64,000 nucleotides of DNA from an uncultured Candidatus Saccharibacteria bacterium (GTDB lineage: Bacteria > Patescibacteriota > Doudnabacteria > UBA920), in the NCBI GenBank assembly GCA_964520505.1, contig CAZFQP010000001.1, positions 45,113-109,112 of the forward strand, given 5' to 3'. Shown here piece after piece: positions 20,473 through 29,125 of this stretch. Made by a program: the position numbers and the translations under genes. The notes below the pieces were generated by a model. It was not told the DNA's origin and made no database searches. It worked only from the letters and a program-made list of their open reading frames with translations. Every line of letters starts with the position of its first letter. Position 1 is the stretch's first letter.

Positions 20473-21165
20473 CTAGTAATTTCTGGAGGAGAGATTAAGG
20501 TCGGAAATGGAATTTAGTCTTATGGGATCGTTTTTCCATAACCCTTGCGCGGATTTAGTGCCAATGGCGACGCCAAGAGCTTTGGCGCGGGCAGTAACCA
20601 GGCTTTCATAATCTTTGTTTTGTAGCTGCGTATTGTGACAGTTTATCATTTTTACCCAGGTGTCATAAACATCGGTGGTGTCAACTACCAAATCAACCGG
20701 AGCAGCAAAATCCTGAGTAACCGGATAATAATAGAGCGCGGTAATTTTATGTGTGGCCAAGCTTTTTAATTCAGCCAAGCCGCCATACCGGGCAAAACGC
20801 GCTGCATCGCGAGTCATTTTTCCGGCCTCCGCGTGGTCCGGGTGCTGGTTTTCGTCCGTGTGCGGAGCCAAAATAACATCGGGCTTGAATTCGCGAATAT
20901 ATTTGGCAATGGTAAAAGCATTTTCTGTTGTGTTTTTTATGTGGCAGTCGCCGCCCATTTCCAGAAATTCTATTTCAGCGCCAATTAATTTGGCAGCCTG
21001 GCGCGATTCCTCGGCACGGGACTCCGGCGTGCCGGCGGTGCCGGCTTCGCCCTTAGACAAAACTAAAAGTTTTATGCTGCTCCCCATGGATGCTTCTTTG
21101 GCCAGCAGACTGCCGCAGCCAAATTCCAAGTCGTCCGGGTGAGCGCCAATTGCAAGTATTTTCAT
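20473..21165 (-). CDS. bshB: PIG-L/LmbE family deacetylase (BshB-like)
   Basis: AHPDDLEFG zinc-binding motif and HPDH motif; about 230 aa; adjacent to the BshA-like gene. Confidence 0.65.
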   Translation of the reverse strand: MKILAIGAHPDDLEFGCGSLLAKEASMGSSIKLLVLSKGEAGTAGTPESRAEESRQAAKLIGAEIEFLEMGGDCHIKNTTENAFTIAKYIREFKPDVILAPHTDENQHPDHAEAGKMTRDAARFARYGGLAELKSLATHKITALYYYPVTQDFAAPVDLVVDTTDVYDTWVKMINCHNTQLQNKDYESLVTARAKALGVAIGTKSAQGLWKNDPIRLNSISDLNLSSRNY

Positions 21166-21178
21166 AAAATAAGATTAA

Positions 21179-22582
21179 TTATGGAGCCAAATAAACGAAA
21201 TCATTAAAATAATACACGCTTCTTAAAGCTTTGTGCAAGACCCTATGTTTTGATAGCTCTGTATAGTCTTTCGGAATAGATATTTCTTTCGGTAAATCGC
21301 CTATAGGTTTGCCATAGTAATAGTACACCGCAATATCAGCTTGTTTATAGGATTCTTTATAGACCGGCTTATTTGGGTAGTTGGTCTTAAGAAATTTTGC
21401 CAGAGCTTTGTTGTCCAGATAGATTTGATCGTTATTTAATTTAAATTTTTTGTAGGAGTTTTGTTGCCATCCGAGACTAAAAAATACCACTAACAAAACA
21501 AACAGCGAAAAATTTTGTAGCCAATCAAATTTAATTTTTGCCGCCAACTCCCATATTGAAATTCCGATTATAGTAATTAAATAAGGATAAATTATAACCA
21601 AGTAGCCATATCCTTTTGTTTTGGAAAGGCTAAAGAAAACAAAAATGAATAAACCGGCCAATAGAAAAAATAAGTATGATTTTTGTTTTCTTAAGCTTTG
21701 GAATAAAAAGTATAGATTTCCCAGACCAAGGGTTATTGCAAAAACTCCATTTTGAATTAGGGTAGGAAGATAAAAGTATAAGTTGCCCCCGTTGTTTTCT
21801 ATTGCTTTGGTATAGCGCGTAAAAACGTGATAAAAAAAGTAATTTTGCCAAAAAGCATTGCCGTGTTTGAAAGTTTGCCAAATGTGCCAGGGAGCAGCTA
21901 GGCCGATAAATACTAAACAGCCTAACCAGAATTCCTTGTTTTTTAAATATGCCCAGTCGTTTGCCAGCAAAGAATAAAGTAAAATAATGGGTAAAGGGAT
22001 TAAGCCAATAACACTTTTAGTTAAAACACCTAGAGCTAAAAAAACAAAACAGCCATAGTAATAGTTTGCATTATTTTTGCCCAGCCAAAACAGTCCCAGG
22101 GTTCCTAAAATAAAAAATCCTACTGCTGTATCCATTTGAAAAAAGTAAGCATGAAAGAAAAAATGAAAACAAATTAAATAAGATGCCAATACAGTAATTG
22201 CTGCGGGCAAGGAGGAAAATATTTTTTTAACCAGCCAAAAATTTAAAACGAGTGTGAAAAATGCGAACAAGGCGCTCCAAATTCGTGATGAAAATTCATT
22301 TTCCCCAATCAATTTGTATGTTCCAACAGTAAGAGATAAAATCAGAGGTGGTTTTTCATACCAGGGGGAGCCAAAAAAAGTATAATCAAAAGGCCTGTTA
22401 CTCGCAGTTGATTCATGGCTAACCTGAGCGTAAATGGCCTCGTCCCAATCAATTAACGGGCGCTCGCCTAAAGCAGAAAAAAGAAAGTAACCATACAAAA
22501 TAAATAATATGACTGGAATGCCGAACAATAAACTGGCTCTCAATATTTTTTTTAGCATGGGTTTTAAAATTAACCTAACCAT
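21179..22582 (-). CDS. GT39/GT83-type polyprenyl-phosphate sugar transferase (PMT/ArnT family membrane glycosyltransferase)
   Basis: 467 aa, about 11 TM, N-terminal DE-containing loop (PLIDWDEAIYA) as in ArnT/PMT family. Confidence 0.6.
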   Translation of the reverse strand: MVRLILKPMLKKILRASLLFGIPVILFILYGYFLFSALGERPLIDWDEAIYAQVSHESTASNRPFDYTFFGSPWYEKPPLILSLTVGTYKLIGENEFSSRIWSALFAFFTLVLNFWLVKKIFSSLPAAITVLASYLICFHFFFHAYFFQMDTAVGFFILGTLGLFWLGKNNANYYYGCFVFLALGVLTKSVIGLIPLPIILLYSLLANDWAYLKNKEFWLGCLVFIGLAAPWHIWQTFKHGNAFWQNYFFYHVFTRYTKAIENNGGNLYFYLPTLIQNGVFAITLGLGNLYFLFQSLRKQKSYLFFLLAGLFIFVFFSLSKTKGYGYLVIIYPYLITIIGISIWELAAKIKFDWLQNFSLFVLLVVFFSLGWQQNSYKKFKLNNDQIYLDNKALAKFLKTNYPNKPVYKESYKQADIAVYYYYGKPIGDLPKEISIPKDYTELSKHRVLHKALRSVYYFNDFVYLAP

Positions 22583-23364
22583 GCCAATTCCGGCTGGTCA
22601 ATTTGTTCGCGTTTAATAAACTTAACTTCAGGGAATTGTTCCCGTTTAATGTAGTCGTATTCCGAATTGCCGGCAATGTAGTGAGTGCAATGAATAACCG
22701 AATTCATCCACCCCAACCTTTCGTCTTTGCCGGGGTTGATTTGCCATTTTTCAATTTTGCCGGGCAGGTCAAAATAGGTATATTTGCCGCCGCCTTCATG
22801 CAGCGCGGCTTTATTGTTCTCAATCTTGGCGCGGACAACTTCTCCCTGATAGGGGAGATCGGCGAAGTATTCTGTGAGATTGCCCGAAGTGGATTGGCGA
22901 AAAGTTTTATCCGATGATCGAATTATTTCAATGCCGTCTAAGAGCCCCATTTTCTTGTACATTTCCAAACAAAAATCGGCCACTGTACCTGCGGTAACGG
23001 ATTTAAAAATATCAATCAGATTTGCATCCATAAACCTTGGAAGTTGTTTTAAAGTTTCCTCTTTCCATCCGGTCGGAATACGTTTTAAGTAAAGAGGCGA
23101 GAATTTTTTTTGCAGCTTGTTTTCCTGAATAAAATTTAAACGCACCTCGGCGTCGGTTTGCAAGTCTTTCATTACGGTAATTGTTTCGCGATAGTCGGCA
23201 TCGGAATCGTGATAGAAAAAAACAATCTTTGCGCTTGCCCCGGTCGTAGCGTCGGGGCCAATTTCAGCTTGCAGTTTCTTGGCTGCATTAATTTTCCCAA
23301 CTAAATAGCGTTTGGGGAAAAAGCCGCAGGGTTGTTGGCCAAAGCAAATAATCGGTGTATTCAT
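22570..23364 (-). CDS. Hypothetical protein (264 aa), probably co-transcribed with the glycosyltransferase genes
   Basis: ORF with a 13-nt overlap with the downstream gene; no family recognised. Confidence 0.4.
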   Translation of the reverse strand: MNTPIICFGQQPCGFFPKRYLVGKINAAKKLQAEIGPDATTGASAKIVFFYHDSDADYRETITVMKDLQTDAEVRLNFIQENKLQKKFSPLYLKRIPTGWKEETLKQLPRFMDANLIDIFKSVTAGTVADFCLEMYKKMGLLDGIEIIRSSDKTFRQSTSGNLTEYFADLPYQGEVVRAKIENNKAALHEGGGKYTYFDLPGKIEKWQINPGKDERLGWMNSVIHCTHYIAGNSEYDYIKREQFPEVKFIKREQIDQPELAWLG

Positions 23365-23453
23365 ACAGGCATTTTAGCATTTTATCATGTTAACATCAAC
23401 GCAATAACAGTATCATTTCGGTAACCACATAATTTTATAACTTATTTGACAAC

Positions 23454-23470
23454 ATACCCTAGGGGGGTAT
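23454..23470. promoter_or_regulatory. CsoR-type operator ATACCCTAGGGGGGTAT overlapping a TTGACA-17-TATatg promoter
   Basis: GC-rich pseudo-palindrome TACCC-N-GGGGGTA, very close to the B. subtilis CsoR operator TACCCTACGGGGGTA; lies 50 bp upstream of csoR. Confidence 0.6.
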
Positions 23471-23521
23471 ATGATAGGAATATCAAATTTTTAAATTCAA
23501 ATTTTATGAAGGGAGCAAATA

Positions 23522-23788
23522 ATGCAGGAGAAATATAAAAAGAAGTTAATTGTGCATTTGCACCGAATTGCCGGACAGATTGCAGGAATTGAGAAGATGG
23601 TAGGAGCTGACAAATACTGTGTGGATATAATTACCCAGAGCCTGGCGGTGGAGAAGTCGCTGCAGAGTTTTAACGCGGATTTGCTGGAGAATCATCTTTC
23701 CGAACATGTGCCGCATCAGTTTATGCATGGGCAGTCGGCTAAGGCGGTAAAAGAAATGATAAAAATTTACAAGTTAAAAAACAAATAA
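23522..23788 (+). CDS. csoR: Copper-sensing repressor, CsoR/RcnR family
   Basis: 88 aa; LHRIAGQIAGIEKMV and the YCVDI...H..H pattern of the DUF156/CsoR fold. Confidence 0.8.
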   Translation: MQEKYKKKLIVHLHRIAGQIAGIEKMVGADKYCVDIITQSLAVEKSLQSFNADLLENHLSEHVPHQFMHGQSAKAVKEMIKIYKLKNK

Positions 23789-23789
23789 T

Positions 23790-26102
23790 ATGAAAAAAGT
23801 AAAAATTCCAATTGCCGGAATGCATTGCGCTTCTTGCGCTAATGTTATTCAGCGAACTCTGAAAAAAACGGTTGGGGTTGCCGGAGCGGAAGTTAATTAT
23901 GGCACGGAAACCGCGGAACTTGAGTATGATCCAAAACAGGCGAGTCTGCAGGATTTGTCTGAAAAAATCGAACCGTTGGGGTATAAATTTTTACTTGAAC
24001 AAGAACCTTTGCATCCAAGCAGTCACGTTATGCCGGACGGCAGCGTAATGAGCGGCATGGATCATAGCCAGCATTTGGGCCTGAATCAGAGCAAGGAAGA
24101 AAAATTAAAAGAACTAACAGCTTACAAAAATAAATTGTTTTTTGCCCTGCCTTTAACCGGCTTGGTGTTTTTAGTTATGTTATGGGACATAATGGTCCAG
24201 TTTTTTTCGGTGCTGCCCATGCTGCCTATCCCTCAAGAAATTTTTAATAAGTTTTTATTTTTAATCGCCACTCTGGTTTTATTTTGGATCGGCCGCCCAT
24301 TTTTAAAAGGTTTGTGGAATTTTATTCGCTATGGCGCTGCCAATATGGACACCTTAGTAGGTTTGGGTACGCTGTCGGCTTATGTTTATAGCACCACAGT
24401 GGTGTTATTTCCCAATCTGGTAAAGACTTTAAATTTACCGGGCGAGGTATACTTTGACGTAACGATTGTGGTGGTAAGTTTTATTACCTTGGGAAAATAT
24501 TTGGAAATAAGAAGCAAGCTTAAAACCGGGCAAGCTTTGGAAAAATTAATGAACCTGCAGGCTAAGACTGCCATAATAAAGCTGCCTGGAGGCGAAAAAG
24601 AAATTCCGGTTGACCAGGTAAAAATTGGCGACCTTGTAATTGTAAAGCCAGGAGCGAAGCTGCCGGTAGACGGAGTAATAATAGAAGGAAAATCCTCCAT
24701 AGACGAAGCTATGGTTACCGGCGAGGCCATGCCGGCCACCAAGCAGGCAGGGGACGAAGTAATTGGCGGCACGCTGAATAAACAAGGCAGCTTTGTTTTT
24801 CGGGCTACCAAAGTTGGCAGCGAAACTCTGCTGGCGCACATTATAAAAATGGTGGGCGAAGCGCAAGGCTCTAAAGCGCCAATCCAAAAACTGGCTGACA
24901 AAATTTCCGCGATTTTTGTGCCTATGGTTTTGGGGATTGCATTAGTGTCTTTATTGTTGTGGTTGCTGGTTGGGCATAATGTGTCATTAGGAATTTTGTC
25001 TTTTGTCAGCATTTTGGTAATTGCCTGTCCTTGCGCTTTAGGTCTGGCCACACCTACAGCGATAATTGTTGGTGTAGGTAAGGGCGCACAAAATGGAATT
25101 CTGGTAAAGAATGCTGAAGCTATGGAAAAGTTAAGGGGCATAAATGTTTTAGTCGTGGACAAAACCGGAACCTTAACCGAAGGGAAGCCGACCGTCATTG
25201 ATATAAAACCAATGACGGAATTTCAAATTTCAAATTTCAAATTTCCAATACTGCAAATAGCTGCGAGCTTGGAAAATAAGTCCGAGCATCCGCTGGCGGA
25301 AGCTATTGTAAAAAAAGCTAAGGACGAAAACATTGCGTTAGTAGAAGCGTCTGAATTTGAAAATTTAGAAGGCCTGGGAGTTAGCGGAAAAATTGTCGGC
25401 AAAAAATATTTTGTCGGCAGTCCAAAATTAGCCGCAGATTTAAAGTTGTTATTTAATCTAAGTCAATTAACTGAATCCACCAGTCAGGGAAAAACGCCGG
25501 TGTTATTAATGAGTGAGCAGGAAGTGGTTGCTGTAATTTTAATTGCCGATAAAATTAAAGACAGCGCTGTTGAAACTGTTAAGCAATTACGCAAGCAAAA
25601 AATAAAAGTAATTATGCTAACCGGCGACACCAAGCAGACCGCCGAATACGTGGCCAAACAAATTGGCATAGATGAAGTACTGGCCGGTGCTTTGCCCCAG
25701 GATAAGGCTTTAAAAATTAAAGACCTGCAATCCCGGGGTTTGGTTGTGGCAATGGCCGGAGACGGCATAAATGACGCACCGGCTTTAGCACAAAGCAACA
25801 TTGGCATTGCTATGGCTACCGGCACGGATATTGCCATGGAGTCCGCAGATATTACTTTGTTGAAAGGGGATATAACAAAAATTCTGGGAGCAATCCATTT
25901 ATCACAAAAAACTTTAACCACCATCAAGCAAAATTTGTTTTGGGCTTTTGCTTACAACGTTATTGGCATTCCTTTAGCCGCGGGTTTGTTTTATCCGATT
26001 TTTGGCTGGCATTTAAGCCCTATGTTTGCCGGGTTGGCCATGGCGCTTTCTTCTGTTTCGGTGGTAGTTAATTCATTGCGCCTTAAGAGAGTAAAAATCT
26101 GA
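23790..26102 (+). CDS. copA: Copper-translocating P1B-type ATPase
   Basis: N-terminal HMA GMHCASCA, CPC transmembrane motif (IACPCALGLATP), DKTGTLT, GDGINDAPAL. Confidence 0.9.
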   Translation: MKKVKIPIAGMHCASCANVIQRTLKKTVGVAGAEVNYGTETAELEYDPKQASLQDLSEKIEPLGYKFLLEQEPLHPSSHVMPDGSVMSGMDHSQHLGLNQSKEEKLKELTAYKNKLFFALPLTGLVFLVMLWDIMVQFFSVLPMLPIPQEIFNKFLFLIATLVLFWIGRPFLKGLWNFIRYGAANMDTLVGLGTLSAYVYSTTVVLFPNLVKTLNLPGEVYFDVTIVVVSFITLGKYLEIRSKLKTGQALEKLMNLQAKTAIIKLPGGEKEIPVDQVKIGDLVIVKPGAKLPVDGVIIEGKSSIDEAMVTGEAMPATKQAGDEVIGGTLNKQGSFVFRATKVGSETLLAHIIKMVGEAQGSKAPIQKLADKISAIFVPMVLGIALVSLLLWLLVGHNVSLGILSFVSILVIACPCALGLATPTAIIVGVGKGAQNGILVKNAEAMEKLRGINVLVVDKTGTLTEGKPTVIDIKPMTEFQISNFKFPILQIAASLENKSEHPLAEAIVKKAKDENIALVEASEFENLEGLGVSGKIVGKKYFVGSPKLAADLKLLFNLSQLTESTSQGKTPVLLMSEQEVVAVILIADKIKDSAVETVKQLRKQKIKVIMLTGDTKQTAEYVAKQIGIDEVLAGALPQDKALKIKDLQSRGLVVAMAGDGINDAPALAQSNIGIAMATGTDIAMESADITLLKGDITKILGAIHLSQKTLTTIKQNLFWAFAYNVIGIPLAAGLFYPIFGWHLSPMFAGLAMALSSVSVVVNSLRLKRVKI
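25219..25246 (+). repeat. Tandem heptanucleotide repeat (AATTTCA x3 plus one imperfect copy) inside copA
   Basis: Read directly: gaatttcaaatttcaaatttcaaatttcc, encoding TEFQISNFKF. Confidence 0.7.
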
Positions 26103-26147
26103 TATAATTATTTAATAGGGAGATTAACGAAAGTAGTCTTTAATTCT

Positions 26148-27185
26148 ATGCAAAGCACATCCTTTATCCCAATATTTTTAACCGGCCTGCTTACCGGAGG
26201 GCTGACTTGTTTGGCCGTGCAGGGTGGATTACTTGCTTCCACCATTGCTCAGCGTGAAGAGGAGCGGTTAAAAGATAAAGCGGGCAAAGGATCTGCGGCG
26301 CCGATTTTATGGTTTTTGTTTGCGAAGTTAGTGGCCTATACTGTGTTAGGTTTATTGCTTGGTTGGTTTGGCTCATTGTTTGCATTATCGCTCACAGTTA
26401 AACTGGTAATGCAGTTTGTAGTAGTTATATTTATGTTGGGCACTGCCTTGTCCTTGTTAGATGTTCATCCGTTTTTCCGCTACTTTATTATTCAGCCGCC
26501 GAAGTTTTTAACACGGATGATTCGCAATCAGTCCAAGAGCAAAGATATTTTTGCGCCGGCAATTTTGGGAGCGTTTACCATATTTATTCCTTGCGGCACA
26601 ACTCAAGCCATGATGGCCTTGGCCATAGCTAGCGGCAGTGCGCTAAGAGGAGCGGGGATTATGTACGCTTTCGTTTTGGGCACCAGCCCCATATTTTTTC
26701 TGCTCGGGTATTTTGCCGCCCGGTTGGGGGAGTTTTGGCACAAAAAGTTTTTGCGTGCGGCCGCGGGAGCAATTTTATTGCTCGCCATATTTAATTTAAA
26801 CAACGCGCTGGCTTTAACCGGCAAACCTATTTCACTGACTGACTTGACCGCCAAGGCCGCATGCGCGGTGGCTTATTGTCCGACAGAGGTCGGCACAAAA
26901 GCTCCGACTGAGGGATTAAGCCAAAACGTCACTATTACTATTGGTACTTATGGTTATAGTCCAAACAATATTTCCGTGCCAAGAAATTCCGACATCACCA
27001 TAAAATTAGTAAATAAGGACGGCGCCAGTTGTGTGCAGGATTTTACTATCCCATCGCTAAAAATTCAAAAAGTGGTGCCGGTGGGCTCAAGCGGGGAAGT
27101 GACTTTTCACAGCCCAAACCAGGCAGGGCAAATTGCTTTTATGTGCAGCATGGGAATGTATAGAGGAATAATAAATGTAAATTGA
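26148..27185 (+). CDS. Polytopic membrane protein with C-terminal cupredoxin-like/Met-rich domain; probable copper-handling protein
   Basis: About 8 TM followed by a beta-rich domain (VTITIGTYGYSPNNISVP...FHSP...FMCSMGMYRG); position inside the cop operon. Confidence 0.45.
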   Translation: MQSTSFIPIFLTGLLTGGLTCLAVQGGLLASTIAQREEERLKDKAGKGSAAPILWFLFAKLVAYTVLGLLLGWFGSLFALSLTVKLVMQFVVVIFMLGTALSLLDVHPFFRYFIIQPPKFLTRMIRNQSKSKDIFAPAILGAFTIFIPCGTTQAMMALAIASGSALRGAGIMYAFVLGTSPIFFLLGYFAARLGEFWHKKFLRAAAGAILLLAIFNLNNALALTGKPISLTDLTAKAACAVAYCPTEVGTKAPTEGLSQNVTITIGTYGYSPNNISVPRNSDITIKLVNKDGASCVQDFTIPSLKIQKVVPVGSSGEVTFHSPNQAGQIAFMCSMGMYRGIINVN

Positions 27186-27326
27186 CCTAATTATTCTAAT
27201 TTCTAATTGATCTAAATAATACTCAATCAAAAATTTGCAATTAGTCATTAGATATTTTTTAGAATAATTAGTAATTAGGTTAATTAGAGTAATTTACGGA
27301 CAAGTTATAAAATTCAGCTAAAAAAT

Positions 27327-27539
27327 ATGATTAAAACTATTCAGCTGAGAATAAAGGGCATGCACTGCTCCTCCTGCTCTATGAATATAGACGGAGAATT
27401 AGAAGACGCTTCCGGAGTGGTAAAGGCTAATACCAATTACGCCAAAAGCCAGACCGAAATAGAATTTGACCCGGAAAAAATTACCCAGGAAAGAATTAAA
27501 GAGATAATCAAGACTACCGGCTACGAAGTTGAAGAATAA
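27327..27539 (+). CDS. copZ: Copper chaperone CopZ (HMA domain)
   Basis: 70 aa with GMHCSSCS metal-binding motif. Confidence 0.85.
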   Translation: MIKTIQLRIKGMHCSSCSMNIDGELEDASGVVKANTNYAKSQTEIEFDPEKITQERIKEIIKTTGYEVEE

Positions 27540-27544
27540 ATTTG

Positions 27545-27574
27545 CACCTTGGACAAACCAAGGTGTTTAATTTA
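27545..27574 (+). terminator. Rho-independent terminator of the cop operon (CACCTTGG-ACAAA-CCAAGGTG then T-rich tract)
   Basis: 8-bp perfect stem followed by TTTAATTTA. Confidence 0.6.
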
Positions 27575-27585
27575 TAATATCTCCA

Positions 27586-27979
27586 TCATAAGTGCCTAAG
27601 GAGGGCACTGGCATGGGGTAAAATCTGCCGGCGCGCTAAAAGCGCGGTTGACTACTAAAAGACGCCAAGTAACCTACAATGTGTATTTGTTTGAAAGGTT
27701 GCTGCGTCCCACCCGGGCAGTATCGGCCGCTCAGGCGAAAAACAACGTGTGGCACACAGACATTGTGCCAGAGTATGGTCCAAGCAGGATGGATGAGGCC
27801 AAAGTCATCCTCAGGGCTCATATGCACGCTGAACTGGCGGTTATGCAGCCGATCAAAAAACCGGTCGTCCCTGCAACAGCCAGCCATCGTCAACAACTCA
27901 GTTTGTTTCGCCACTAGGTCAGTGGCGCTCGTCATCTGACCGCGGTTTCCAAGTTTGGGAACCGCGGTCGTTTGTTTTG
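27586..27979 (+). ncRNA. Candidate structured RNA or decayed foreign gene remnant: GC-rich (about 52%) segment with own promoter (TTGGAC-18-TATAAT) and strong intrinsic terminator
   Basis: Abrupt GC rise in an AT-rich genome; overlapping stop-free ORFs on both strands; many local hairpins; terminal hairpin GACCGCGGTTTCC-AAGTT-TGGGAACCGCGGTC plus GTTTGTTTTG. No RNase P (no GGAAAGUCC) or tmRNA (no T-loop) signatures. Confidence 0.3.
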
Positions 27980-28038
27980 CCAAAAAGGTGTGAAGATATT
28001 ACAATGAAGTTAAGTGAAAAGTATTTAAATATCAACTT

Positions 28039-28572
28039 ATGATAAATTTATCTTCAAAAAATAAAATTCTGTTATTTGTAGTAATAATAGTGCTGGGAGC
28101 CGGGTTAGTGCGCTTATTTTCCGGGGAGGATGATTGGATTTGCGAAAATGGGCAGTGGCAGGCTCACGGCAGGCCGAGTGCCGCAAAACCTACCACTGGC
28201 TGCGGTCAAGCGGTAAATCAAACCCCGCCTTTGCCGGCAATATTAAATAATACCAACGTTAAGGACTTAAACATTACCATAGACCAGGAAATTGCCAGCC
28301 CGCTGACAATTACGGGACAAATTCGAGGTATATGGTTTTTTGAAGCCAGTTTTCCGGTAATGTTAACCGATTGGGATGGAAAAATTATTGCTCAAGGAAT
28401 TGCCAAGGCCAAGGGTGACTGGATGACAGAAAATTTTGTACCATTTGAAGCGACTTTAACTTTTGTTAAACCCGAGTATAAAAATACCGGCACACTAATT
28501 TTAAAAAAAGACAACCCTTCCAATTTGCCGCAAAACGATGCCGCGATAGAAATCCCAATAAAATTTAAATAA
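28039..28572 (+). CDS. Secreted/anchored hypothetical protein
   Basis: N-terminal TM/signal LLFVVIIVLGAGLVRLF, 177 aa. Confidence 0.45.
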   Translation: MINLSSKNKILLFVVIIVLGAGLVRLFSGEDDWICENGQWQAHGRPSAAKPTTGCGQAVNQTPPLPAILNNTNVKDLNITIDQEIASPLTITGQIRGIWFFEASFPVMLTDWDGKIIAQGIAKAKGDWMTENFVPFEATLTFVKPEYKNTGTLILKKDNPSNLPQNDAAIEIPIKFK

Positions 28573-28576
28573 TTTA

Positions 28577-29125
28577 ATGTTAAAACAAAACGACAAGATT
28601 GAATATCAAATTAAGGTCAGCAGGCGCGCGCGGCACATGCGTCTTTCCGTTGCCTGCGATTCTACCGTCACGTTAACTTTGCCTTTTGGCATGGCCTTAG
28701 GCAAAGCGGAAAAATTTTTTACCGATAAATTGGTTTGGGTTAAAAAAGCTTTGGAGTATTTCCGTCTGCATCCGGTTTTACCAAGGAAAAAAATCGTGAG
28801 AGGAGAATATCGTCAATATAAACAACAGGCTTTGGCATTGGCACAAAACAAAGTAAAACAGTGGGCGGAATTTTACCAGGTTAATTATCATCGGGTATCC
28901 ATAAAGAATCAAAAAACCCGCTGGGGTAGCTGCAGCAGGAAAGGGAATTTAAATTTTAATTACCGGATTGTGCATTTGCGCCCCGAACTGTTAGATTATT
29001 TAATAGTGCACGAAGTTTGCCATTTGCTCGAGTTAAATCATAGTCACAAGTTTTGGACAGAGGTCGGGAAGGCTGTACCAAATTATAAATCACTTAGAGC
29101 GGAATTGAGGTCATATGGGCTTTAA
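28577..29125 (+). CDS. YgjP/DUF45 family metal-dependent hydrolase
   Basis: HEVCHLLELNHSHKFW HExxH-containing C-terminal motif characteristic of DUF45/YgjP. Confidence 0.65.
   Translation: MLKQNDKIEYQIKVSRRARHMRLSVACDSTVTLTLPFGMALGKAEKFFTDKLVWVKKALEYFRLHPVLPRKKIVRGEYRQYKQQALALAQNKVKQWAEFYQVNYHRVSIKNQKTRWGSCSRKGNLNFNYRIVHLRPELLDYLIVHEVCHLLELNHSHKFWTEVGKAVPNYKSLRAELRSYGL

Noticed and set aside
25219-25246. CRISPR-like repeat
   Set aside because: It is a 7-nt microsatellite inside a CDS with no spacers. No CRISPR array is visible anywhere in the window.
24386-25927. Minus-strand ORFs of 270, 113 and 147 aa overlapping copA
   Set aside because: They are fully antisense to a well-supported P-type ATPase gene with all signature motifs, so they are shadow ORFs.
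27586-27979. RNase P RNA, tmRNA or SRP RNA as the identity of the GC-rich transcript unit
   Set aside because: There is no GGAAAGUCC / ACAGAA-CGGCUUA P4 elements on either strand, no tRNA-like T-loop (GGUUCGAnUCC) for tmRNA, and no intact SRP domain-IV GGAA hairpin. It is left as an unclassified ncRNA or pseudogene candidate.
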